Positions 39,957 to 48,313 of a stretch of DNA of 48,313 bases are shown here, in pieces. The number at the start of each line of letters is the position of its first letter. Position 1 is the first letter of the stretch. The notes below the pieces were generated by a model. That model saw only the letters and a list, made by a program, of their open reading frames with translations. It ran no database searches and was not told the DNA's origin. The translations under genes were made by a program, and so were the position numbers. Source of the stretch: Fimbriimonadales bacterium (GTDB lineage Bacteria > Armatimonadota > Fimbriimonadia > Fimbriimonadales > JABRVX01); assembly GCA_045862955.1 (NCBI GenBank), contig BTVI01000024.1, positions 1 to 48,313 on the forward strand, written 5' to 3'.

Positions 39957-40079
39957 CTACTCCAACAGCCGGTAGGGGCTCTCGAGGTAGTCGCGGACGA
40001 CGTTCATGAAGCGCGCGCCCACGGCGCCATCCAGTGTGCGGTGATCGAAGGAGCCCGTGAGGTTCATCCGCCAGCGCGG
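39957..40079 (-). pseudogene. Orphan duplicate of the last 40 codons plus stop of pdhC
   Basis: Encodes PRWRMNLTGSFDHRTLDGAVGARFMNVVRDYLESPYRLLE, identical to the product of 42688-42810; six synonymous differences. Confidence 0.92.
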
Positions 40080-40090
40080 CGTAAACAATC

Positions 40091-40237
40091 CCAGAACCTA
40101 GTAATATTATGGGTAGGCAGGGGGGGGTGATTTGATACGATGTGGCTAGGAGATGGTGAGATGGATCGCGGACGATTCTCGCTTGCTGTCCTAGTGCCCT
40201 TCCTTCTGGCGCTCGCTTTCCCGTGCCCGGCACAGCC
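40091..40237 (+). repeat. Conserved cassette head, copy 2
   Basis: Highly similar to 37347-37493. Confidence 0.85.
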
Positions 40238-41414
40238 CTCGAACGTCACTATCGTCGGGGATGGAGAAGTCGGCGGGCTTCGGTGGGACGCCGTCGAGGA
40301 GTCGTGGATGTGCACGTTCCAGTTCAAGACCGAGGGGATACCTCCACAAACGGTATGCGACCTGAACTTCGAGTGGTCCTTCGAGGGCTGCGGAGCTACT
40401 CCGGCGACCAGCTCTGAGCAGGAGCCTGTCGTGCGCTTCACACATACCGGGGTCTGCCAGACCACGATGCGGGCATGGCTGTCCGGCGAAGTGTGCGACC
40501 CCGAGGAGTGGACCGCGTCCGCGACCTACTACGTGATCGGCGGGCCCTTCACAGTCACTCTCCCGAACCCGAAGAACGGCTGGCTGCACGACGGCAGATT
40601 AGCTGAAGCGCCCTGGTACATCACCTACCACGGTTGGGACCCAGCAGCAGGCGCTTGGCCTGAGCACCTGCAAGAACCTGTCGCTGTGAAGGCGAGCGCC
40701 GACTTCGATCAGCCAGAGGGCACGACCTTCACTTGGACCTTTCCCACTAACTTGCTGTACATGGTGAACGCACAGCAGAACGGGACGGCCGACGCACAGA
40801 GTGCAACGCTGTATGCGAGAAGCGGCTCGGCAGCCGGCGCAATCCAGCTGGGTCTTACGTTTGGGCTCACCGTGAACGGCGTACTCCATCAGGTTGGCGA
40901 CGACACCAGAGCCTGCAAGGGGCAGAATTACCCCACCTTCACTGCACACATGCCGGCAAGTACCCAGCGTCACTCGATGTTCGAGATCTCGCGGCAGGGC
41001 CCGCCGAGGAACCCGGGCCCCTACGAGGTGTACGCGGAGTACAAGTACCGCCTAAAAGACCACCTAGGCTGTTACATGCCGGATACGCAGATCAATGAAC
41101 GCTTTACCACGCCGATCCCGCCCGGCTTCGCAGTCAACACTCCCGATGATGGGTGGTGGTTGACCAACCACCAGGGCGACCAGAGTAGTCAGTCTCTCGG
41201 CACCTTCCTGACACCGGACAGGATCTTCTCTGGCGAGCACTGGGTGTGGCAGCCCAGGCCTACGATTCCACTCGTGTGGGGGCCGTTCAGTCAGGAGTAC
41301 TGGGCAGGTTCGAGGGCCGTCGCGGACGGAGCTCCGGGTGGGTGTAAGGTGGGTGTTCGCGTCATGAGGATATGGAGCGATGCGACGGAGCACCTTCCGT
41401 CCAACTGGCCATAG
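40161..41414 (+). CDS. Secreted hypothetical protein A2
   Basis: Paralog of A1: YYVIGGPF, DHLG..MPDT..NERF, QEYWAGS, PGGC.VGVR, C-terminal WP. Confidence 0.82.
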   Translation: MDRGRFSLAVLVPFLLALAFPCPAQPSNVTIVGDGEVGGLRWDAVEESWMCTFQFKTEGIPPQTVCDLNFEWSFEGCGATPATSSEQEPVVRFTHTGVCQTTMRAWLSGEVCDPEEWTASATYYVIGGPFTVTLPNPKNGWLHDGRLAEAPWYITYHGWDPAAGAWPEHLQEPVAVKASADFDQPEGTTFTWTFPTNLLYMVNAQQNGTADAQSATLYARSGSAAGAIQLGLTFGLTVNGVLHQVGDDTRACKGQNYPTFTAHMPASTQRHSMFEISRQGPPRNPGPYEVYAEYKYRLKDHLGCYMPDTQINERFTTPIPPGFAVNTPDDGWWLTNHQGDQSSQSLGTFLTPDRIFSGEHWVWQPRPTIPLVWGPFSQEYWAGSRAVADGAPGGCKVGVRVMRIWSDATEHLPSNWP

Positions 41415-41453
41415 CCATCGCGCAGGATCGGCGGAAGATTGGGAGAAGATGTC

Positions 41454-42680
41454 ATGAGCGTTCGAACGCTGTGTGTGATACCCTTATTGATCTGGGCATC
41501 GGCCGCGAAAGCGGTCAGCCTGTGGGACTTGGCCGAATCGGACATAGTGATCGTTGGGCGTGTTAGCTCCCAACCGCCTACCCCGCTTCGACTGCAAGTT
41601 CTCACAGCCTCGCCTGCCCTTTTGGATCACCCTGCCGCCCCTGAGCCCCCCTCGTATCATGTCTTCGCGCTGTACGACGTCGACGTGCTCGCCGTGATCA
41701 AGGGCAAGCTCGACGCTACCAAGATCCGGGTGCTCGCTCATTCCAACCGTCCCGAGGACTACGGTGGCCGTGGGGACGTATCCAAAGCGAAGCTGTTCTC
41801 GCTTCCCTTGGGGGAGCGTCTCGTCCTCCCGCTGCAGGAGAAGCGGAACGGCGAGTACATTGTCGAGCGGCAGAGCTCGCGCGTAGCGGCCACATCGGTA
41901 CTAGCTCCCGCGGATTCGGACTTCGCGGTGGTCTACCTCCGCCAATTCGTGTACCACGAGTTCCTGATACCACCGAGAGCGCCCGCCGACTACGGGCTGA
42001 AGGGCGACTACCCTGCCTGGGACCTTGCGAGGGTGTTCGTGCGGTCTTGGCGGCTCACCCCTGACCCGGAGCGCGACATACACGAGACAGATGGTATCTG
42101 GCGCTTGTCTCTCGAACCTACGTCGGACCAACTCCGCCCACTTCGCGGTCGGGAGAAGGAGAATGCGGATCTACGCGCCCTCATCGGTCCGGACCCGCTG
42201 GGCTTCTATCGGAAGGAAATCCTGGCGCTGCTGCCCCCGCCGGACCCCGATGCGCCTCCTATGGAACTGCTGGCCCGAGCCGTTGTTGCCGCGAGTTACG
42301 GGGAACCGGAGGCTGCCGGCACGATCTGTGACATGGCCCTGGCCGCACCTCCGGAGATCCTGGACAAGATGGTTGATGTTGTGGGCGGACTCGCGCGTTA
42401 CCCCGGTGGCAGGGATGCGGCGGCGAGGCTCCTGTCCTCCTCGCATTCGGAAATCGTGATGGCCGCTCTCACGCAGTTGGGTGACCCCTCTGTGCGGTCG
42501 AAGTACCGCGACGCCGTCAAGCGGCTGTTGTGGCACGAGCACCCGGGTGTGCTGTGCAGGGCTATCACGACCCTGGCATTCATGGACAACGAGACCGACC
42601 GCCAGGCGACGTACGGCGAGGACTTCTCCCCCGGTTCCAAGAACGCCGAGGACTTGGAGTATTGGCGGAACAAGCCGTGA
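41454..42680 (+). CDS. Secreted hypothetical protein B2
   Basis: Paralog of B1: GDY.A.D.ARV, RAL.GPDP..FYR.EI, LEYWRNKP. Confidence 0.82.
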   Translation: MSVRTLCVIPLLIWASAAKAVSLWDLAESDIVIVGRVSSQPPTPLRLQVLTASPALLDHPAAPEPPSYHVFALYDVDVLAVIKGKLDATKIRVLAHSNRPEDYGGRGDVSKAKLFSLPLGERLVLPLQEKRNGEYIVERQSSRVAATSVLAPADSDFAVVYLRQFVYHEFLIPPRAPADYGLKGDYPAWDLARVFVRSWRLTPDPERDIHETDGIWRLSLEPTSDQLRPLRGREKENADLRALIGPDPLGFYRKEILALLPPPDPDAPPMELLARAVVAASYGEPEAAGTICDMALAAPPEILDKMVDVVGGLARYPGGRDAAARLLSSSHSEIVMAALTQLGDPSVRSKYRDAVKRLLWHEHPGVLCRAITTLAFMDNETDRQATYGEDFSPGSKNAEDLEYWRNKP

Positions 42681-42687
42681 GCTGCGA

Positions 42688-43875
42688 CTACTCCAACAGC
42701 CGGTAGGGGCTCTCGAGGTAGTCGCGGACGACGTTCATGAACCGCGCGCCGACTGCGCCATCCAGCGTGCGGTGATCGAAGGAGCCCGTAAGGTTCATCC
42801 GCCATCGCGGAGCAATCGTGTCATCCGGCATTACCACCGGAACGCGCCGCGCAGTGCTCACCGCTACGATGGCCCCGTTCGGCGTGTTGAGAATGGCGGT
42901 GAAGGTGTCCACCTTCAGCATCCCCATGTTGCTTATGCTGAAGGTGCTGCCGGTCAGCTCGTCGGGCTGCACTTTGCCATCGCGGGTGCGTCCGGCCAGG
43001 TCCTTCGCCTCGCGGGAGATGGCACGCAGGCTCTTCGCCTCGCAGCCCTTCAGCACCGGAACCAGCAGCCCCTCGTCCGTGGCTACCGCCATCCCGATGT
43101 TCACGCTCTCCCCGATGATCCACTCTCCGTCCACGAAGTTGGAGTTCACCTCGGGCATCTCGACGAGCGCCAGCGCACACGCCTTCATCACGAAATCGTT
43201 CACCGATATCTTCTCGTCGCCGTGAGCGTTGATCTTCTCTCGCAGTGCGAACAGCTCCTCGACGTCCACCTCGACCGTTACGTAGAAGTGCGGCGCCTCT
43301 CGCTTGGCCTGCTGCGTTCGCTCGGCGATGATTTGGCGCAGGCGCGACATCTTGCGCACACCACCGGCGGGCTTGGCCACTGCGGCGGCGGGTCGCTCGA
43401 CCGTGAATGCCCTCACGTCCCGCTCCACGATCCGACCGCCCGGTCCCGTGCCGGTCACACGGCGAAGGTCGATCCCCTCCGCCTCGGCGATCTTTCTAGC
43501 GAGCGGCGAGGCCTTTACCCGATCCCCAGTCGCGGGTGCCGGGACCGGCTCGGCCTTCTCCGGAGCCTTCGGCGATGGAGCCTCGGTCGGTGCACCGTTG
43601 GAGGGAGCCGCCGCCGACCAGTCCGGAGGCAGCGTCTCCCCTTCTTGCAGGATCGCGGCGATTCGCGTGCCTACCGGCACGGTTTCGTCCGCCTGCACCA
43701 GCACTCCCGCCAGCACCCCCGAACCGGGGGAGGTTAGCTCGACGACCGCCTTGTCGGTCTGAATGTTGGCAATCACCTCGTCGGCGGCAACCTTCTCGCC
43801 CTCTTTCTTGAGCCACTCGACCAGCGTGCCCTCTTCCATGCCGTCGCCCATCTTGGGCATGATGACGTCTATCAT
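42688..43875 (-). CDS. pdhC: Dihydrolipoamide acetyltransferase (2-oxoacid dehydrogenase E2)
   Basis: Lipoyl domain QTDKA, E3-binding ASPLARK...GTGPGGRI, catalytic DHRTLDG. Confidence 0.93.
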   Translation of the reverse strand: MIDVIMPKMGDGMEEGTLVEWLKKEGEKVAADEVIANIQTDKAVVELTSPGSGVLAGVLVQADETVPVGTRIAAILQEGETLPPDWSAAAPSNGAPTEAPSPKAPEKAEPVPAPATGDRVKASPLARKIAEAEGIDLRRVTGTGPGGRIVERDVRAFTVERPAAAVAKPAGGVRKMSRLRQIIAERTQQAKREAPHFYVTVEVDVEELFALREKINAHGDEKISVNDFVMKACALALVEMPEVNSNFVDGEWIIGESVNIGMAVATDEGLLVPVLKGCEAKSLRAISREAKDLAGRTRDGKVQPDELTGSTFSISNMGMLKVDTFTAILNTPNGAIVAVSTARRVPVVMPDDTIAPRWRMNLTGSFDHRTLDGAVGARFMNVVRDYLESPYRLLE

Positions 43876-43881
43876 CCGCCG

Positions 43882-44457
43882 CTACACTCCATGTGCGAGA
43901 ATGACCGCTTCGGCGATCTGCCGCATCGTCTTTCTCGTGTTCATGCTCTGTACCTGAATGCGCCGATAGGCGTCCGCCTCGCTCAGATTGTGGACGCGCA
44001 TCAGTATGCCTTTCGCCCGGTCCACCAGCTTGCGCGTCTCCAGGCGGTCTTGCAGGTCCGCGACCTCTTGTTTCAGGGCCTGCTCCTGATCGTAGCGTGC
44101 GCGGGCCACCTCGATAGCGGGCGGAATCTCCTCCGCGGTGAAGGGCTTCACGAGGTAAGCGAACGCGCCGACGCTCCTCGCCCGCTCCACCAGTTCGCGG
44201 TCCGCGTAGGCGGTGAGCAGGACGCACGGGGCGATCTCCTCCTCATAAATCCGTTCCATCGCCTCGATGCCGTCCAGAGCGGGCATCTTCACGTCCAAAA
44301 TGCACAGGTCCGGGTGATGGATGCGGGCGAGCTCCACCGCCTGAGCGCCGTCGCCCGCCTCTGCGATGACGGTGTAGCCCTGCGACTCCAGCGTCTGCCG
44401 GAGGTCCATGCGTATGATGGGTTCGTCGTCGGCGATGAGAATGCGCAAGCCGTCCAT
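43882..44457 (-). CDS. REC-ANTAR response regulator (PdtaR/NasT-like)
   Basis: IADDE, LDVKMP, YLVKP, RKLVDRAKGILM ANTAR motif. Confidence 0.93.
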   Translation of the reverse strand: MDGLRILIADDEPIIRMDLRQTLESQGYTVIAEAGDGAQAVELARIHHPDLCILDVKMPALDGIEAMERIYEEEIAPCVLLTAYADRELVERARSVGAFAYLVKPFTAEEIPPAIEVARARYDQEQALKQEVADLQDRLETRKLVDRAKGILMRVHNLSEADAYRRIQVQSMNTRKTMRQIAEAVILAHGV

Positions 44458-44501
44458 GGTGGAGAGGATTCTACCCGTCGGTCGGCTATACTTGGGCCGC
44501 A

Positions 44502-45368
44502 ATGGAACCTGCGCCTCAGAGCCCGGGAGCGCCTCTCGCCCGTTCGGCGCTAGTGCTCTTGGGGTTCGCCCTGCTTCAGTGGCTCACGCCGATGGCCAAG
44601 GTTCCCCTGGCATGGCTGCCCGCGCTGAACGTGCTCTCCACCCTGCTGTTCCTGGGCATCCCGCTCGCCTACGTGTACCAGGCCGCTAGGGTGACCCTCT
44701 CGTGGAGGGCGACGACCCTTTTGCTGTTGGGCTCTTTCGCCGTGTTCGTGGGGGCGGGCCTCTTGTTCAACCAGGTGCAAGGCGCGATCGCAGGGCTGCT
44801 ACATGGGCTGGGGCAGGGAGCGCTGCTAGCAGCAGCAGGGTCTGCCGGCATGTTAGTGGCGCGCGCCGTGAAGGAGCCGAACATGCTGGTGCCCATCGCG
44901 CCAGTACTCGCTTTGGTGGACATCGCTACGGTTCTGTCGCCGGTGGGCATAGCCAAGCAGGTAATGGACAAGGCACCCGAGGTGTTCGAGAAGGTAGCAG
45001 TGAAAGTTCCCAGCGTGGGCAGCGCAGTGCCGCTGGCGTTCATGGGTCCAGCCGACGTGCTGTTCGTGGCGATGTTCTTTGCGGTGCTGCACCGAGCGGG
45101 CTTCCACGCGAAGGCCACATTGTTGTGGCTCATACCCACGCTGGTCGGCTACATGCTATTCGTGCTACTGCTCGGCGGTGTTAGCGTAGGGGGCTTTCGG
45201 CTGAGCGGGCTGCCTGCTCTGGTACCCGTAGCGGCCGTCATCCTGATCGTAAATCGCGGCTGCTTCACGCTTTCGGCATCCGAGAAGAGAATGACATGGG
45301 TGCTCATCGGTATCACCGCACTGATAACCGTCGCTCTGCTAACCCTTCCGGCTAACAACTCCCAGTAG
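44502..45368 (+). CDS. Polytopic membrane protein, possibly a presenilin/SPP-like aspartyl protease
   Basis: About 8-9 TM segments; intramembrane LVD, GPAD and LPAL motifs in presenilin order. Confidence 0.7.
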   Translation: MEPAPQSPGAPLARSALVLLGFALLQWLTPMAKVPLAWLPALNVLSTLLFLGIPLAYVYQAARVTLSWRATTLLLLGSFAVFVGAGLLFNQVQGAIAGLLHGLGQGALLAAAGSAGMLVARAVKEPNMLVPIAPVLALVDIATVLSPVGIAKQVMDKAPEVFEKVAVKVPSVGSAVPLAFMGPADVLFVAMFFAVLHRAGFHAKATLLWLIPTLVGYMLFVLLLGGVSVGGFRLSGLPALVPVAAVILIVNRGCFTLSASEKRMTWVLIGITALITVALLTLPANNSQ

Positions 45369-45384
45369 TCCGCCGATATTGCCC

Positions 45385-46593
45385 TCAGGGATGGTGGAGG
45401 TGGCATCCCTTCGTCGGCACCGATCCTGCGCGGAACTGACGGGGTACCGCCTCCGGACAGTAAGGCGTCGCAGGCCGCTTGCTATCCGCACACACGAGCA
45501 CTGTGACCATCTTGTCGCTAGCCCCGCCGGTTCTCGGCAGCGTGGCGACCACGCCTGGCGGTGCAGTTAGGAAGTGCGGAGAATCGATCGCACGCCGATA
45601 TGCGGCCAGCACGATCGGGTCGTTCGTGACGCTATAGTCATTGAAGGCCCGATGCGGCACCGCATCCATGTTGTTCCCATTGAAGTAGTTGATAGCCTTG
45701 ACGCGTTTGTACTTCGAGGCGAGCGCCTTATACAATGTCATGATGCGGTTCTGCGCGAACTCCGATACGGGAGTCGCCATCGTCGCCGAACGGTGCGTAA
45801 CCCCGTACTCGCAGATCATGATAGGCTTGCGGGCCGAATACCGGTCGTATACGTATTGCAGCAAGTCTAGCGGACTGATGTGACCTGCAGGTTTGCTGCG
45901 GTCGTTGTTGTTATGGGTAACGTTGTATAGATTGACTCCCACCCAGTCCACCGCGTCATCGCCTGGGTAATAGGAGGGTATGTTAGAGGTGGGAGTGGCG
46001 TACGGACACCATACCATCGCAACATTCGGCGCACGCTCCCTCATCACGCGAGCGACCAGACGGAACTTCTCCACATACAGCTTCGGGTTCCCGTGGTAGC
46101 GGACCCAGTTGCCGTTCATCTCGGAGGCGAAACGCAGAAACACCTTCGCCTCCGACATACGCAGCGTATCCGCCAAGTTCCGCAGGTACTCGTCGTCTCG
46201 CACTTTGTCCAGGCCCTGATTGGGCTCCAGCGCGATGTGCACGAACTTGCCATTGTCCCGCAGGTAACACACCCAGTCGAGGGGCAGCGGCACCCCGTAG
46301 CCCATGTAGAAGAAGTACATCGCGTGAGGCTTGCCCACCACCTCCTCGAATGCGGTCGGGCACTGCCGCGTTCGGCCGTTCTGGTCCACGTACGGCCTGT
46401 CCAGGGTGAGGTCGAAGTCGATGAAGGCACCGAGATAGCAGCCGGATGCCGGCTCGAACTTGGCTAGGGCAGCTCCCCCTGCCTTGGTCGCCGCAGAGTC
46501 TTTGGTGCCCGACGCGCAGACCGCCACTGCCAGCAACACTGCGATAGCCAGAATCGGCATCCTTGTGCTCGAACCCCCTAGCCACCGGCGCAT
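45385..46593 (-). CDS. Secreted GH26-like glycoside hydrolase with a Cys/His C-terminal module
   Basis: GAGGAGG RBS; LRFASEMNGNW, YYPGDDAVDWVG, KPIMICEYG. Confidence 0.82.
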   Translation of the reverse strand: MRRWLGGSSTRMPILAIAVLLAVAVCASGTKDSAATKAGGAALAKFEPASGCYLGAFIDFDLTLDRPYVDQNGRTRQCPTAFEEVVGKPHAMYFFYMGYGVPLPLDWVCYLRDNGKFVHIALEPNQGLDKVRDDEYLRNLADTLRMSEAKVFLRFASEMNGNWVRYHGNPKLYVEKFRLVARVMRERAPNVAMVWCPYATPTSNIPSYYPGDDAVDWVGVNLYNVTHNNNDRSKPAGHISPLDLLQYVYDRYSARKPIMICEYGVTHRSATMATPVSEFAQNRIMTLYKALASKYKRVKAINYFNGNNMDAVPHRAFNDYSVTNDPIVLAAYRRAIDSPHFLTAPPGVVATLPRTGGASDKMVTVLVCADSKRPATPYCPEAVPRQFRAGSVPTKGCHLHHP

Positions 46594-46744
46594 CGAACCA
46601 GATCCTCCTCGAAAGACAGACGGACACGGCCCCGAGCTCGGCTCGGGCCGCCGAAGTACGATATACCACGCTTCGGCCCCGCAGACTAGGAATCCCCGCT
46701 CGTGAGGCGAACTTTCGTCCAACCGCACACCATGAGGAGCCGCC

Positions 46745-47746
46745 ATGACCTCGCAATCCAACGAGCCGACCGTCCAGTCCGTCCGAGATATGGCCTACGC
46801 CTTCCAAAAGAGCCGCGTGCTCCTCTCGGCCTACGAGTTGGGGCTCTTCACCGCACTGGGCGACGAGGAACTGGCAGCCGACGAAGTGGCCATGCGGGTC
46901 GGTGCACACGCCGGAGCAGTTGGACGCCTTCTGAACGCCCTCGTCGCACTGGGCCTCGTTCGCAAATCCGAGGGTCGGTTCTCGAACAGTCCGTTCGCAT
47001 CCGAGCACCTGGTCGAGGGCAAGCCGGGCTACATGGCGGGGCTGATGCACGGGGCGAACCAGTGGCACACCTGGTCCTCGCTCACCGAAGTGGTGCGGAC
47101 GGGTAAGAGCCTGGTGCCGCACCACGTAAGCCACCGCGGGGTCGAGTGGCTTCGCGCATTCATCGCCGCCATGCACTGGCGCGGCGTGCCCCAGGCACCC
47201 GAGACGCTGGCGCCGGTCGACCTGCGAGGCGTCGAGCGCATCCTGGACGTAGGCGGCGGCTCGGGCGCATACTCCATGGAAATGGTGCGGCGCGAGCCCG
47301 GTGCGCAGGCCGTGGTGTTCGATCTGCCAGAAGTCGTCGGCCTGACCCAGGAGTACGTCGCTGCGGCGGGCCTGTCGGAGCGTGTTACCACGCAGCCGGG
47401 CGACTACACACGCGACGAACTGGGCAGGGACTACGACCTCGTCTTCCTGTCCGCAATCGTTCACAGTAACTCGTATCAGGCAAATCGCTCTCTGGTGGCC
47501 AAGTGCGCGCGTGCGCTGGCGCCGGGCGGCAGGCTAGTCATAGTGGACTACGTGATGAGCGAAGACCGCACCCAGCCACCCGAGGGTGCCATGTTCTCGA
47601 TCAACATGCTGCTTGGCACCGAAGGCGGGGACAACTACACGGAAAGAGAGATGCGTGAGTGGCTGCGCGATGCGGGTCTCGAGTTCGTGTCCCGCACCGA
47701 CCTCCCTTTCGGCACGTCGGTAGTCATTGGCCGTAAGGCGAAGTGA
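46745..47746 (+). CDS. SAM-dependent O-methyltransferase (Methyltransf_2 with dimerisation domain)
   Basis: ELGLF N-terminal domain, LDVGGGSG, FDLP, GDY, LAPGGRLVIVD. Confidence 0.92.
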   Translation: MTSQSNEPTVQSVRDMAYAFQKSRVLLSAYELGLFTALGDEELAADEVAMRVGAHAGAVGRLLNALVALGLVRKSEGRFSNSPFASEHLVEGKPGYMAGLMHGANQWHTWSSLTEVVRTGKSLVPHHVSHRGVEWLRAFIAAMHWRGVPQAPETLAPVDLRGVERILDVGGGSGAYSMEMVRREPGAQAVVFDLPEVVGLTQEYVAAAGLSERVTTQPGDYTRDELGRDYDLVFLSAIVHSNSYQANRSLVAKCARALAPGGRLVIVDYVMSEDRTQPPEGAMFSINMLLGTEGGDNYTEREMREWLRDAGLEFVSRTDLPFGTSVVIGRKAK

Positions 47747-47875
47747 GCCGGCCTCTCTTCATCATGGACCGCGAGATTGTCGAACCGGTGTTCAAAGACA
47801 ACGCGAACCCCGCCGACACCCAACGTAGTGCGCTGCTGTAAACTCTTGGCACGCTCTGCGGCCCCCCTGCGTTCC

Positions 47876-48290
47876 ATGCCTAGCCCAACTTCCGCAGTTG
47901 TGGGGTCCGGCTTTCCATGCCTAGACGTTTTTGTATGCCCTCACCACTGGCGAACGCTGGGCCGCTAGCGACGTCATGCTGAGCCTGTCGAAGCATGAGA
48001 CCGCCATCCGCAAGTTTCCCTATGCCCCGGCCCGCGTTCCATGCCTAGACGTTTTTTTCATGCCTAGACGTTTTTGTATGCCCTCACCACTTGCAAAGGA
48101 TGGGTCACTAGCGACGTCATGCTGAGCCTGTCGAAGCATGAGACCGCCGGCCGCACGTTCTCGGATTCAGTCCCATGCCTAGACGTTTCGGCTGCCGTCT
48201 GCCACCACGCTCCAGCCCAGCGACTCCCCGAGCAGCCGGACGTCGAGGCACCCGACGCCAACGGCTCCATGCCCAGACGCTCAGCATGAC
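47876..48290. repeat. Repeat cluster: REP-like palindromes plus CATGCCTAGACGTTT units
   Basis: 26-mer at 47973-47998 and 48116-48141, partial inverted copy at 48279-48290. CATGCCTAGACGTTT at 47916, 48040, 48059, 48174, variants at 47876 and 48268; about 143-bp period. Confidence 0.85.
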
Positions 48291-48313
48291 GCGGCAAAGG
48301 GCATGCTGTATGC

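Noticed and set aside
37417..42680. Diversity-generating retroelement or integron behind the cassettes
   Set aside because: No reverse transcriptase, no adenine-specific TR/VR pair, no attC-like sites and no integron integrase.

Overview
A GC-rich bacterial window, probably Armatimonadota/Fimbriimonadia-like (inferred from PEP-CTERM, dockerin-tailed M28 peptidases and many small secreted paralogs). Both ends lie in clusters of a 26-bp palindromic REP-like repeat. Core content: nrdR-nrdJ with tandem NrdR boxes, an HlyD/ABC exporter, PAP2, tricorn-like S41 protease, VanX-like dipeptidase, a GT2, tRNA-Leu(TAG), a DtxR-family regulator with feoA and a split feoB, pdhC, an ANTAR response regulator, a GH26-like hydrolase and an O-methyltransferase. 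Best leads: (1) a gene the ORF track truncates (27326-27991, minus), which reads signal peptide, T-UGA-T-G-UGA-P, a SECIS-like hairpin, then a beta-barrel-like body, i.e. a candidate secreted UxxU di-selenocysteine protein; (2) a two-gene unit abutting tRNA-Leu: a 1549-aa DEAH/DUF1998 (DruE-like) helicase plus a membrane-anchored partner with three C2H2 zinc fingers, a candidate defence system; (3) two diverged two-gene cassettes stacked at the 3' end of pdhC, with an orphan copy of the last 40 pdhC codons differing only synonymously; (4) a five-member array of small secreted paralogs; (5) bacterial presenilin/SPP-like and QTGAL-like proteins. Family calls come from motif recognition only; no database searches were run.
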